From contig PS015604.1 in assembly GCA_048213135.1 (NCBI GenBank), positions 19,107 through 59,597 of the forward strand: a stretch of 40,491 nt of DNA. The letters are read 5' to 3'. Of this stretch, positions 24,481-35,208 are shown one piece after another; within the stretch, counting starts at the first letter, position 1; every line of letters starts with the position of its first letter. A program made the translations under genes and the position numbers. The notes beneath the pieces were generated by a model. The model saw only the letters and a list, made by a program, of their open reading frames with translations, searched no databases and had not been told where the DNA came from. This stretch comes from Reclinomonas americana ATCC 50394 (lineage: Eukaryota).

Positions 24481-27400
24481 CTACACTTCGTTGCTTTCCA
24501 CGAGCTTGTTGTCGCGGTCGACACGCAGTCGTCCGTCCCTCAGCTCTATCAGCACACTCAGCACACGGCACCACGCATCGCGAACATCGGAGCTGCGGTG
24601 AAGGCGTGTCAGCAGAGCGCAGACTTCGGTGCGGAAAAGGGCTGCGACGCAACTCCTCGCACTCCAGATCCAGCGTGCGCGAAGCGCCAATGACAGAGAG
24701 AGCCGACGACTCGAGTCGAGCGCCACCGCTCCTCTTGAGCACTGGCGTGGTGGCACCGATGCGGACCTGCAGCACGAATGATAAGGCAAGACACCACAAC
24801 GCAGCTGCACCACAGAGGATGCACGTACCTCCACAATGTCGGCCAGAGGCAACGCGCGATCCGAGTCGAATGGCTCGTCACGCCTCACGCACCACCGCAG
24901 TGCCTGTTGTTTGTTGGTGGCAGCGTGAGGAGTGCGCATAGCTTGCATGCACAGAACGGCAGTACGCACCTGATGGTGCTCGTCGTAAAACACGACGCGC
25001 TGGTGTGGCCGACCACGACGTCCGTGCTTCACAAAGGTGGAGCCACGGCTGAGGCGATCAAACTGCTGCTGCATTTGCGTCAAGCGCGCCGACGGAGCTG
25101 AACGGGGGAAAATGGGTGAGCGACAACCCACACGACCCCGGCGACCATGATCGTACCTGGTCTGATGATGGACGGCGCAGCCGCTGCAGAGGCAGCCGCC
25201 TGAGCTGCCGCCGCCGCCGACGTGGCCGTAGTGCCGCCTGTGCACATTCAACAGTAAGCACATGCCACGCACTTTACATGCCTCCCGCTGTTGTCATACG
25301 CAACCCATTCGCAGCGAAATCTCCGACTCCGCAACGCCAACCGCGGCCATGGTGTGCTGCATCTCCTCCTGCAACATCTCATCGGTCGACGGGTCGGTTT
25401 GGCGCAGCACTCGATCGTCGTCCGAGTGGAACACGGCCAGACCGGGTTCCCGCACGCCAGGACGCGATCGCTGGAAAAGAAACGGATGAGTATGCAACCA
25501 TTCATCATCATATGCCAATAGACGAACGCACCTGCGCCACCACGGTTTTCACTGGCGACGAAATGGAAAACGGTGCAGCCGCCACGAGAGGCGGAGGGTC
25601 TGCGCCATTGCCACGGAGGTGGAGATGAGAACGCCATGTTAAGAAATCACAGAAAGCAGATTGATGAGCGCACCTGTGGCCTCGGTGGGCGACACCGGCA
25701 CCGGAATGAGAGCGCGTGAAAACACCTGACTCTCGCTGGAGACCGCGTTCACATACAGAGGCGAGGCTGTGGAGCAACGCGAATCAGCTTCTGTGTATTG
25801 GAGTGATGCAGTAGCGGGAGCAACGCACTTGCACGAGCAGGTGGGCCGATACGGGCCACGCCCGAAATGTCTTCTCCGTCGGCGGCGCGTCGTGCCAAGT
25901 GCGCGCGATCACACTGCAAGCCGACGAATTCGGCCTGCAAGAGCGACGAAAGAAGGCTAAGCATGGAGCTGACGCATCATGTACGCTGGTTTGCGACGTA
26001 ACCCATCGATCAAACGACACGCCATCCATGCCTCGGAGCGTCACGGTGGAATTGGGAGCGGTGAGTTGCATCTCCGCATGCTCGCGGTGGATGGAGAGAT
26101 TGCAGAAACGCAGGTCGACCACCAGCTCGCACTCATTGGCCTGCGCCACTGGTGTCAGCAGCAAACCAACTTGGTGGGCGTGGATTCGTCAACAAGCCAG
26201 CACCGACCTGGAGATTCTTGTACACGGACAGGAAGAACATGGTGCACACGACATTCTTCTCCTTCTCCTTGCTGCCGTCAATGACGAGACGGAGCGTGCC
26301 TTCCAGAGCGGCATGGCGCTGTTCCACAAGGTGATGAGTGGGGCAGCAGAGAGAAAGAGAGTGAGTCAGTAAACACACACGCACCACATCCTTGTAATCG
26401 GGAAATGTCGCGGACCAGGGCTCCGACGCCGTGCGATTGTCGACCACGGCGTTGCACCACCACCGGCGGTGACCAAGTGTGGAGGCCATCAGACGGAGCC
26501 GCCGTTGTGGAGTGAGTACCTTGTGCGACAACCCCAATGAGCAACCGGCGCACGGAAGCCTCCGTCGGCAAACAACAACTCACCTCAAAGTACGACTCTT
26601 GTGTGCTCCCCGCCACCTCATCCACCGCCGCATGCACCGCCTGCGGGTGTCCGAGCCAGACGGTTGCAAACTCCAGTGGCAGCGAGCCCTGATCGACACT
26701 TCTCAGCAGCCCGAAAGGAGAAGGAGGAGGAGGAGGAGGAGGAGGAGGAGGAGGAGGAGAGAGGAGGAGGAGGAGGAGGAGGAGGAGGAGGAGGAGGAGG
26801 AGGAGGAGGAGGAGGAGGAGGAGAGGAGAGAGGAAGAGAAGAANNNNNNNNNNNNNNNNNNNNNNNNNNNNNNNNNNNNNNNNNNNNNNNNNNNNNNNNN
26901 NNNNNNNNNNNNNNNNNNNNNNNNNNNNNNNNNNNNNNNNNNNNNNNNNNNNNNNNNNNNNNNNNNNNNNNNNNNNNNNNNNNNNNNNNNNNNNNNNNNN
27001 NNNNNNNNNNNNNNNNNNNNNNNNNNNNNNNNNNNNNNNNNNNNNNNNNNNNNNNNNNNNNNNNNNNNNNNNNNNNNNNNNNNNNNNNNNNNNNNNNNNN
27101 NNNNNNNNNNNNNNNNNNNNNNNNNNNNNNNNNNNNNNNNNNNNNNNNNNNNNNNNNNNNNNNNNAAGAAGAAGAAGAAGAACAAGAACAAGAACAAGAA
27201 CAAGAAGAACAAGAACAAGAAGAACAAGAACAAGAAGAACAAGAATAAGGAGAAGGAGAATAAGGAGAACACAACGTACAGAAGAAGAAGAAGGAGAAGA
27301 GGAGGAGGAGGAGGACGAGAAGAAGAAACAGGGCGAAGAAGAAGAACTACACAGCTCATCAACGCAACTTGTGCACCAGACTGCTCCGGATCTGCACTCG

Positions 27401-27849
27401 CACCTCGTCGCGCAAGCTCCGCGAATGGTCCTCCTTGCTGAGAACAAAAGCGCGTGTAAGACAGAGAGATAGAGCAGAGACGCCACAGACAAGAGCGCAT
27501 CACTGCACAGCTAACCGCTTCCTTGGTAAAGTACACCAACCTACGCACAGCGGAATAATGAGCATGAACGCATGCAGTCAATCAATCACTCTCACACACA
27601 CCGCGACGATGTCAACACAAAGTAGCGCAGTTTCCAAGTTTTGAACTGTGCACAGCAACAACAACAACAACAAAAACAAAGCCGACAACGGCGTGTGGGC
27701 TTGTGAGCAAGCTTGTCAGCATTTTTCTCTTTTGTGTCGCGACACATGTGAGGAGGCACAGAGTGCGAGGAGACATGAGGAAACAGCACCTTTGCACCCT
27801 GTTTGTGCAGCCAAGGCAGCTGTTGTGCAGCAGGCGCAGCGGCCGCCAT
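24481..27849 (-). CDS. Multi-PH-domain protein (N-terminal PH, probable central PH, C-terminal PLC/Mcp5-type PH); about 16 introns, one spanning a gap
   Basis: ATG 27849: WLHKQGAK|FKTWKLRYFVL..LVYF ... FE|VLTPQRRLRLMA...RRWW. Second block ALEGTL...VVDLRFC...VTLRG..FDRW. C-terminal LSRGSTFVKHGRRGRPHQR...SRTLDLECED..RDAW; TAG 24483-24481. Confidence 0.8.
26716..27350. repeat. Purine-rich (GGA)n / (AAG,AAC)n microsatellite flanking an assembly gap inside a PH-gene intron
   Basis: Visible gga run 26716-26843 and aagaac/aag run 27166-27350. Confidence 0.95.
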
Positions 27850-27938
27850 CGTTATGTGTTGTGTTAGTGAGCGCCAACCAGTTCACTCAGTGGAACTCTG
27901 GAATTCACCTTCACCTCTCTCTCCCTCTGCGTTGTCAG

Positions 27939-28120
27939 TCGCACGAACTTTACGCTGGAGAGCGTGGCCTTTGCCTCTTCCTATGTGACGATGAACCTGC
28001 TCGAGCTGTGGCGCAAGTCGAACGAGCTGGACGCCAAGCTCTTGCTTGAGCTCGACGGCATCGGTCATGTACGGCCGTGTGTTTGAGGAGTATGCCCACA
28101 CTATGTGAGCAGGAGGAAGT
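27939..28120 (+). pseudogene. Degraded Crinkler/RHS-like (CR NTPase-REase junction) fragment
   Basis: After a cag acceptor at 27938: RTNFTLESVAFASSYVTMNLLELW...LDG, a frameshift near 28066, then MYGRVFEEYAHTM*AGG (TGA 28106). Resembles the remembered FASxYV...GxLFExxAHxxLxxGG motif pair. Confidence 0.45.
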
Positions 28121-28139
28121 CAAGTTCAACAGGATAGTG

Positions 28140-29050
28140 CCGAAGCGCGTGTTTAATAGGATGCACGAGTCCGCAGCGGTGCGCATGCGCATGCCATCGT
28201 GGAACACCTCCGCGAGTACGCACCATTTGCATATGCACGACGACGGGAGGAGGTGTTGCCATGGCGCCGGATGCCAGTGGTCTGCAAGAGTCCGGCGGAT
28301 GTGTCGTTGGAGGGCTTGACGCCAGAGGAGGTGGCAACAGGCGCATCACGTGGATTTCGAATTCGGCGGCTGCCCATGGCAATCTCTCGCCCATCGATCC
28401 CGCCTTTTGGCCACACGACGCCCCGTTGGTGTACCCGTGGCTGTTTGCGGCCTCGGTGTAGAGGCAGACCCTGTTGGTGGATGGCGAAGACACTGACACC
28501 AACACTGGCTACATGATTGACCGCACGCAAAAGGCCACGCGCGCGACGTGAGGGGTTGATTGCACGCGCACTTGGAATCCCCGTACTCGAGTTGGAGATG
28601 AGGCGGGGGTTGCCATTCTACCTCGACGCGGCAGTGTTCGAGTCACATGAACGTGAGATTGTGGCGGATGACGACAAGGCATTTGTGTTGTACATGTTGT
28701 GGGCAGCGGTCCAGCGCATCGACGTGGAGGATGTCGGGGAGGTGTAAGTGCACGCGCATCGGGGACATTGTGGGACGGTCGGAAGATGGGAAGCGAGTCT
28801 ACACCGTTCGGGTACATTGACGTGTTCATCGACGACTCTTCGCGCACTGTGCGCCCCGACACTTTGTCGAGAACCTGCGCGACATTGCTCCGCAGTCCAT
28901 GTTGCTCTTCTACTGCGGCGCCTAGGCTGTCACGCAAATGTACTTGGATGGTCGGAACGATGCAGACACGGTGCATGACTGTTTTCGATTGCAGCTTGAG
29001 GATAGCGTGTCCAGTGACACCCGTTCAACCGAAAAGATAAACGCGATACG
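28140..29050 (+). pseudogene. Probable decayed coding sequence of unknown family
   Basis: Protein-like fragments in shifting frames interrupted by stops: IVEHLREYAPF; DPAFWPHDAPLVYPWLFAASV*RQTLLVDG; EGLIARALGIPVLELE...AFVLYMLW; HFVENLRDIAPQSMLLFYCGA*AVTQMYLDG. Confidence 0.3.
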
Positions 29051-31147
29051 TTGAGTGGGCACCGCACACGACGCAAGTCCACTGGCATCCGTAATCGAGA
29101 GGCCAGAGAGTTCTGTAGCAGGGTCCGCCACAATGTCGGGCACGGGGCGTTGCACACCACCCACACCCATACACACAGCACGCGAGAACGTTGGCGGAGA
29201 GAACCATCTCGCACATCCATTACGATCGACCGCAACCTGTACCACGTATCGCAGGTCCGACGAGACACCCGGCGTGCCTGCCAGGTTTGTGACATATGAG
29301 ACCGTCCGCGTGGATGCGTGAATTGCGAATATCGGGCGCCCCGTGCTCTGGATTGCGAGGTACACCCAGACAATGCCATTCGCATATCCGAGGATCCGCG
29401 CACCATAATTCGTTGGCTGAGACCACAACACCGCACCCGACGGCGCCTCGACAATGTCATCAAACCCCGAGCCACTCGTGCGCACATACACAAAGGAGTC
29501 CGTCGTCCCCGTCACCGACCTAATGGCCTGCGATGCCCTAAACTCATAGGGTATATCCGTCGCCAGTGGTTGTGCCTTCACAATGTCTTGTACGAGATTC
29601 GACGCGCCATTGATCCGGGCCATATACGGTCCATTCTGACATTCGGTGCCCACAAATGACGAGGCCAGGAACGAGAACACGAGTGCGCCAGTCCTTGACG
29701 TGTCCATGAGATCGCCCAGTGGGAAATACACCGTACCCGTGGGGGCGGCGGCAGGGCTCACCAGCATGTCCTTGCACACGTTGACGGCGAGACAGTTCTC
29801 AGTGGTCGCGGTACCGGATCCCGTAAAGTCTGCCGTGTACGATGCCGTGTAGGCATGGTTGCCGGGGACGAGGATCCCATTCCTTGCCAGTCCGACCATG
29901 GGTGGTGCAGCCCCTCCGGACCGTGTCACCGAGATGGTGGCGTCGGCAAATCGCACGACCATTCCCGCGCCCTGTGCCGCTGCCGCCGCCGCCCTCTGCC
30001 AGTACACGAGTGCACCCGTGTCGCCAATGCCGTACACCTCCACCAGCTGCAGGTCGCTCGTCACACTCATCCATGTCTCCGTATCCACCGAAGAGGCCTG
30101 TGCGAGAATGGTACCAGTACCATCAATGACTGACATCCACATGTACGGCACGCGAGTGGTCACCACCCACACACATCGCGTCACACCGGAATTGCAGTAA
30201 ATGTAGTGAAGTCCCAGCGCCACATTATACACCGACGACGCCAGTGCCGCCACGCACACGGGAGTGTGGGAGTTGACAACGATGCACGGCACCTTGGTCG
30301 TGTTGGTTGAGTCCGTGTACCGCCACCACGACACGGTCGTGGCACTGAATGCGGCACCGTTGGAGGCTAGTCGATCAGTCGTCACTCCGGCAAACGTCAC
30401 GCCGACTGGTGCCAGCGCATCCACTCGCGTAGACAGCGATGCATGTGCCGCCTCCAGTGCCGCGATGCGTGCCTCGCTCGTCGCGGCCCTCGCCTCCAAC
30501 GCGACAAGTCGCACCTCGTCCGTCGTTGCTCTCGTCTCCAGTGCGGTGATCCGCGACTCGTCTCCCGTCTCCAGTGCGGTGATCCGAGACTCATCTGCTG
30601 TTGCCCTCGTCTCCAGAGCGGCGACGCGTGCGGAATTGTTCGCCGCAAGCGCGTCAATGGACAATTCCAATTCTGAGATGCGGCTCGCCGTTGCGTTCGA
30701 GTAATGCGCGTCAATGGCCGCGAGAACCGGCGCGCCGTTCGAAGTCACCCACATACCCGACTGCAGGGAGAATTGAGGCGCGTCCTTGCGCAGTGCCACT
30801 GCCAGTGCGACACTCGCCGCGACAAGTGCTCCAAACGCAAACACTGCCGCCGCCACCGCCACTGACATTTCGCGCGGTCGCTTCTTCTTGATAATGTCAA
30901 CGACAGCCGCCGGCTTCTTCTCGGCCAGCGCAGGCCTAGGCGCAGGCGCATGCACGGGTGCGACCTCTAGATCTACCGCTACCGCTGGTGGTGGTGGTGG
31001 TGGTGGTCCTGGCTGCCACGGCAATTGCTGGCGGTGTTGAATGTGACGCACTAGCGCACCTCGGTTGTATCCTCCTCTCCCGCGTTCGTGCATAAGAATG
31101 AATTCCGTCGATCCGAGTTCGATTTCTTCTCCGGATCCTCCAAACAT
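28922..31147 (-). CDS. Intronless type II membrane protein: TM helix, RhxxhE coiled-coil stalk, about 450-aa beta-rich head
   Basis: Uninterrupted 2.3-kb ORF; first in-frame ATG 31147. KKKRPRE precedes hydrophobic VAVAAAVFAFGALVAASVALAVAL. Repeats RISELE, RVAALE, RITALE x2, RLVALE, RIAALE. NAT/NNS/NTT sequons after the TM. Confidence 0.75.
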   Translation of the reverse strand: MFGGSGEEIELGSTEFILMHERGRGGYNRGALVRHIQHRQQLPWQPGPPPPPPPAVAVDLEVAPVHAPAPRPALAEKKPAAVVDIIKKKRPREMSVAVAAAVFAFGALVAASVALAVALRKDAPQFSLQSGMWVTSNGAPVLAAIDAHYSNATASRISELELSIDALAANNSARVAALETRATADESRITALETGDESRITALETRATTDEVRLVALEARAATSEARIAALEAAHASLSTRVDALAPVGVTFAGVTTDRLASNGAAFSATTVSWWRYTDSTNTTKVPCIVVNSHTPVCVAALASSVYNVALGLHYIYCNSGVTRCVWVVTTRVPYMWMSVIDGTGTILAQASSVDTETWMSVTSDLQLVEVYGIGDTGALVYWQRAAAAAAQGAGMVVRFADATISVTRSGGAAPPMVGLARNGILVPGNHAYTASYTADFTGSGTATTENCLAVNVCKDMLVSPAAAPTGTVYFPLGDLMDTSRTGALVFSFLASSFVGTECQNGPYMARINGASNLVQDIVKAQPLATDIPYEFRASQAIRSVTGTTDSFVYVRTSGSGFDDIVEAPSGAVLWSQPTNYGARILGYANGIVWVYLAIQSTGRPIFAIHASTRTVSYVTNLAGTPGVSSDLRYVVQVAVDRNGCARWFSPPTFSRAVCMGVGGVQRPVPDIVADPATELSGLSITDASGLASCAVPTQRIAFIFSVERVSLDTLSSSCNRKQSCTVSASFRPSKYICVTA

Positions 31148-31608
31148 AACAACATGGAGTGGTGGCCACCGTCTCCGCCATTCGAATTCGCGACCCTGTA
31201 GCGACGGACTCGACCTGTTCAAGGAGACGTCGGTGTTTGACTTGCGGTGTCGATCGCGAGACGTCGACCCCAAGCCACTGTCACATGTACATGTTCATAA
31301 ATTAACAGCAAGCCAAAAGTGGAAGAGGCTGCGCCAGCGAATGCTGCAATTCGTGCTCTGCATCAACAACAATTCATTCACCAACAAACAAGCAACATGT
31401 ACAGCTGTCTGCATCAGTGTCGATCCTGTCAAGGCAAAATGGAGTGGAGTGTACCTGAATGCTACATGACATGATCCCCTCAGGCGAAGGTCCAGGCTGC
31501 AATGCAAGCCGACTTTGACTCAACGTTGCCGCGATTTCGACGACGATCCAAATTGACCGAAATTCAAAGACCAACCACACCGTTACCATCTCGAGTACGC
31601 CAGCATCG

Positions 31609-34600
31609 ATGGACCAGCCAATCGTGCCCTACTCGATCTCCAAGCGCGAGAGCGACATGCTGCCACGCGTGAGGGCATTCGCCAGGGCCAAGTGGACCGG
31701 CAATGACGTGTGTGTGACCGAATACATGAGCCTGCAAAAGGCCTCGATCAAGGTGTTGATGCTGACATTCAGCCGCCCGCCTCTCACCATTGGCCCCTTT
31801 GCAACATCAGCAGGCGCCGAGACTGTAATCACAAAGGTCGGTATCTTTCTCCGTAACGATCAGTCTCTCTTGCACTCACACACGACGTGCACGCAGAATT
31901 TGGCCGTGTTGCGTCTCTCTGCCACGTGTGCCGTGCTGGTGTGGGCCATGTACGACAACTCGGCGCGATCTGGTCACATTGTTGTCACGGGCGATGACTG
32001 GCAAGTGTTTGTACACGCCGCCTACGACATTGACTTGCTGAACCGATTGCCGCCGTCACATGCACCGCCACCGACGGGTCTTATCGTGTACTCGCAACTG
32101 CGCGACCACGAGTGTGTCATTGTGCCGAATCCGGCGCTGGACAACAAACGCCGCGTTCTCAAGGATCATCAACTGCTGGGGCGGATCGACTTCCTGCGGT
32201 GTGCGAAGACGTATGTCACGCTCGCGTACGACATGCTGAAGAGGAACCAGCTGGAGGCGGTGGATCCGAGCCTTGTCGTGCCGCAGATCGAAGCTCGGCC
32301 GTTCTCTGACGAAATCTTGCGCATGCTGCTCGAGAAGAGTGGCAAGGTCTCCATGACGGAGAAAGACGGCGCCGATGGCAGCAGCAACAAAGAGACCAGT
32401 GGGAACGGGAACGGCAGCAGCAGCAGCAGCAGCGACAGCAGCCAGTCTGGGTCCGCGGCCAGCGTGAACGGCGAGGTGGCCGTGGNNNNNNNNNNNNNNN
32501 NNNNNNNNNNNNNNNNNNNNNNNNNNNNNNNNNNNNNNNNNNNNNNNNNNNNNNNNNNNNNNNNNNNNNNNNNNNNNNNNNNNNNNNNNNNNNNNNNNNN
32601 NNNNNNNNNNNNNNNNNNNNNNNNNNNNNNNNNNNNNNNNNNNNNNNNNNNNNNNNNNNNNNNNNNNNNNNNNNNNNNNNNNNNNNNNNNNNNNNNNNNN
32701 NNNNNNNNNNNNNNNNNNNNNNNNNNNNNNNNNNNNNNNNNNNNNNNNNNNNNNNNNNNNNNNNNNNNNNNNNNNNNNNNNNNNNNNNNNNNNNNNNNNN
32801 NNNNNNNNNNNNNNNNNNNNNNNNNNNNNNNNNNNNNNNNNNNNNNNNNNNNNNNNNNNNNNNNNNNNNNNNNNNNNNNNNNNNNNNNNNNNNNNNNNNN
32901 NNNNNNNNNNNNNNNNNNNNNNNNNNNNNNNNNNNNNNNNNNNNNNNNNNNNNNNNNNNNNNNNNNNNNNNNNNNNNNNNNNNNNNNNNNNNNNNNNNNN
33001 NNNNNNNNNNNNNNNNNNNNNNNNNNNNNNNNNNNNNNNNNNNNNNNNNNNNNNNNNNNNNNNNNNNNNNNNNNNNNNNNNNNNNNNNNNNNNNNNNNNN
33101 NNNNNNNNNNNNNNNNNNNNNNNNNNNNNNNNNNNNNNNNNNNNNNNNNNNNNNNNNNNNNNNNNNNNNNNNNNNNNNNNNNNNNNNNNNNNNNNNNNNN
33201 NNNNNNNNNNNNNNNNNNNNNNNNNNNNNNNNNNNNNNNNNNNNNNNNNNNNNNNNNNNNNNNNNNNNNNNNNNNNNNNNNNNNNNNNNNNNNNNNNNNN
33301 NNNNNNNNNNNNNNNNNNNNNNNNNNNNNNNNNNNNNNNNNNNNNNCATGTCACTGGCGGCCGCGGTGTTGGTCGCGGAGCGAGCGATGTTACCGAAGGA
33401 GTTGCAGCGGCGGCGGCAGTAGCTCCAAGAACGACTGGTTGTGGGGCGGTGACGGCGGCGGCAGCAGCAGCAGCGGCGGCGGCGGCGGCAGCGACACTCG
33501 CAGAAGTGGCAGTGTTGGTGGTGGTGGCTGTTGTTGTGATGGTGGTGGCGGTGGCAGCGGACTTCGTATGCACTGGCGCCCGCGCTGCTGCCGGCGGCGA
33601 CGGTGGTGGTCGTGGCGGTTCCGGTTGCTGTTGTGGTGGTGCTGGCGGTGGCGGTAGTGGCGGTGTTGCTCTCGGCCGCTGCAGTGGTGCGCTGGCGGCA
33701 GTTGGCGAGGACTCTCGCGCTCCGACGGCGACTGGCAAAGCGGTGGCGGTCGTCACGGCCGACAAGGCCCACAACTTGCTGCCGAGCTTGCCAACTGATT
33801 TGAAGCCGGGTTTCTGCGGCGACAGCTGAGACGGCGGTGACATTGCTGGTGGTGATCGTGGTGGTGAAGGCGGGGCGCACAGCATGGCGATCTCGTTTCG
33901 CGGACGCTTCTTCACGGCTGGCTGACCGGGCGGTGGTGCGATTTCGGGTTCTCGCGGTCGCTTCTCGCCCGCCANNNNNNNNNNNNNNNNNNNNNNNNNN
34001 NNNNNNNNNNNNNNNNNNNNNNNNNNNNNNNNNNNNNNNNNNNNNNNNNNNNNNNNNNNNNNNNNNNNNNNNNNNNNNNNNNNNNNNNNNNNNNNNNNNN
34101 NNNNNNNNNNNNNNNNNNNNNNNNNNNNNNNNNNNNNNNNNNNNNNNNNNNNNNNNNNNNNNNNNNNNNNNNNNNNNNNNNNNNNNNNNNNNNNNNNNNN
34201 NNNNNNNNNNNNNNNNNNNNNNNNNNNNNNNNNNNNNNNNNNNNNNNNNNNNNNNNNNNNNNNNNNNNNNNNNNNNNNNNNNNNNNNNNNNNNNNNNNNN
34301 NNNNNNNNNNNNNNNNNNNNNNNNNNNNNNNNNNNNNNNNNNNNNNNNNNNNNNNNNNNNNNNNNNNNNNNTTATCTGATCAACACCAATGAGCATCCGG
34401 TACCCGATGGCGCACCGCAGCTGCCACACGATTACGCCACGGTGGGCATGCGCCAGTCGCTGCTGCCGCGCGTGATGGGCACCATCTTGTCGTCATTCGG
34501 CTCTTTCACCGACAAGATTTGGGCGGTCTTTGAGCCGCTCACACCCACCAGCGGCGCCACTTCCCGGTCACTGTACCTCGGACAGCACGCTGTCAAGTAC

Positions 34601-35107
34601 GAACAGGCACTGAAGGACTCGCTGTGGGACTTTCGCATCACGTTGGTGATTGCGGCCCCAGGTGCCGGTGAACAACCGGCGCCGGTGTTGTCGCCGCAGG
34701 CGATCGCACAGATGGCACTGCCGTTGGTGGCCCTTTACGAGCTGCGGACCGAGCAGGTACCGCAGCAATACGCACAAGGTTTGGTGCTCGGACCCACTCA
34801 CGATGTGTTGTGTTTACAGTGACAACTGACTCGCAATTGTATACACGGCGCAGTTCTGCCCGTCCCCCTGCAAGCCATCTGCATGTTGGACACCGACACC
34901 AACGAAGGCGGTGACGCGCTGAGTCGAGTACTGGCCAAGTACGTGGAAACGCACGATATCTGGGTGCACCGGGCGTGCGCTGACGAGTCGCCACTCCTGG
35001 CGCACGTGCGGTTACGTGGCTGTGCCGCGCAATCAGCCTCACTCGCGGCCAGCATCATCGGCGAAGTGGGTTTGGACTTGCAGTGGCGTGTCTACGCAGC
35101 GCAGTGA
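31609..35107 (+). CDS. Unknown protein: globular N-domain, low-complexity linker with NLS-like motifs, globular C-domain; middle part on an inverted contig
   Basis: ORF 31609-32485; reverse complement of 33347-33974 joins in frame at both ends; continues from 34372 through one phase-1 GT-AG intron (about 34779-34853) to TGA 35105-35107. Confidence 0.7.
33347..33974 (-). CDS. P/S/T/A-rich linker of the 31609-35107 gene, on an inverted contig
   Basis: Open across the whole contig: AGEKRPREPEIAPPPGQPAVKKRPRNE...PRPPVT. Confidence 0.65.
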
Positions 35108-35208
35108 CCTGAATGAACGAAGGGTCTTCGTCGTTTACGATGCGGTCCTGATGTCCTCATTGCATCTTCTCTTTCTCACTGTGAGCCAGTGACCAGCAAG
35201 TGTCTCTC

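Noticed and set aside
26278-27581. Long ORFs through N-gaps and microsatellites (also near 1397-2514, 3343-4102 and 32056-34429)
   Set aside because: Artefacts of N runs and triplet repeats lacking stops.
27900-35150. Island as a complete endogenous virus, polinton or transposon
   Set aside because: No integrase, transposase, polymerase, packaging ATPase or capsid motif, and no terminal repeats seen; kept only as an island finding.
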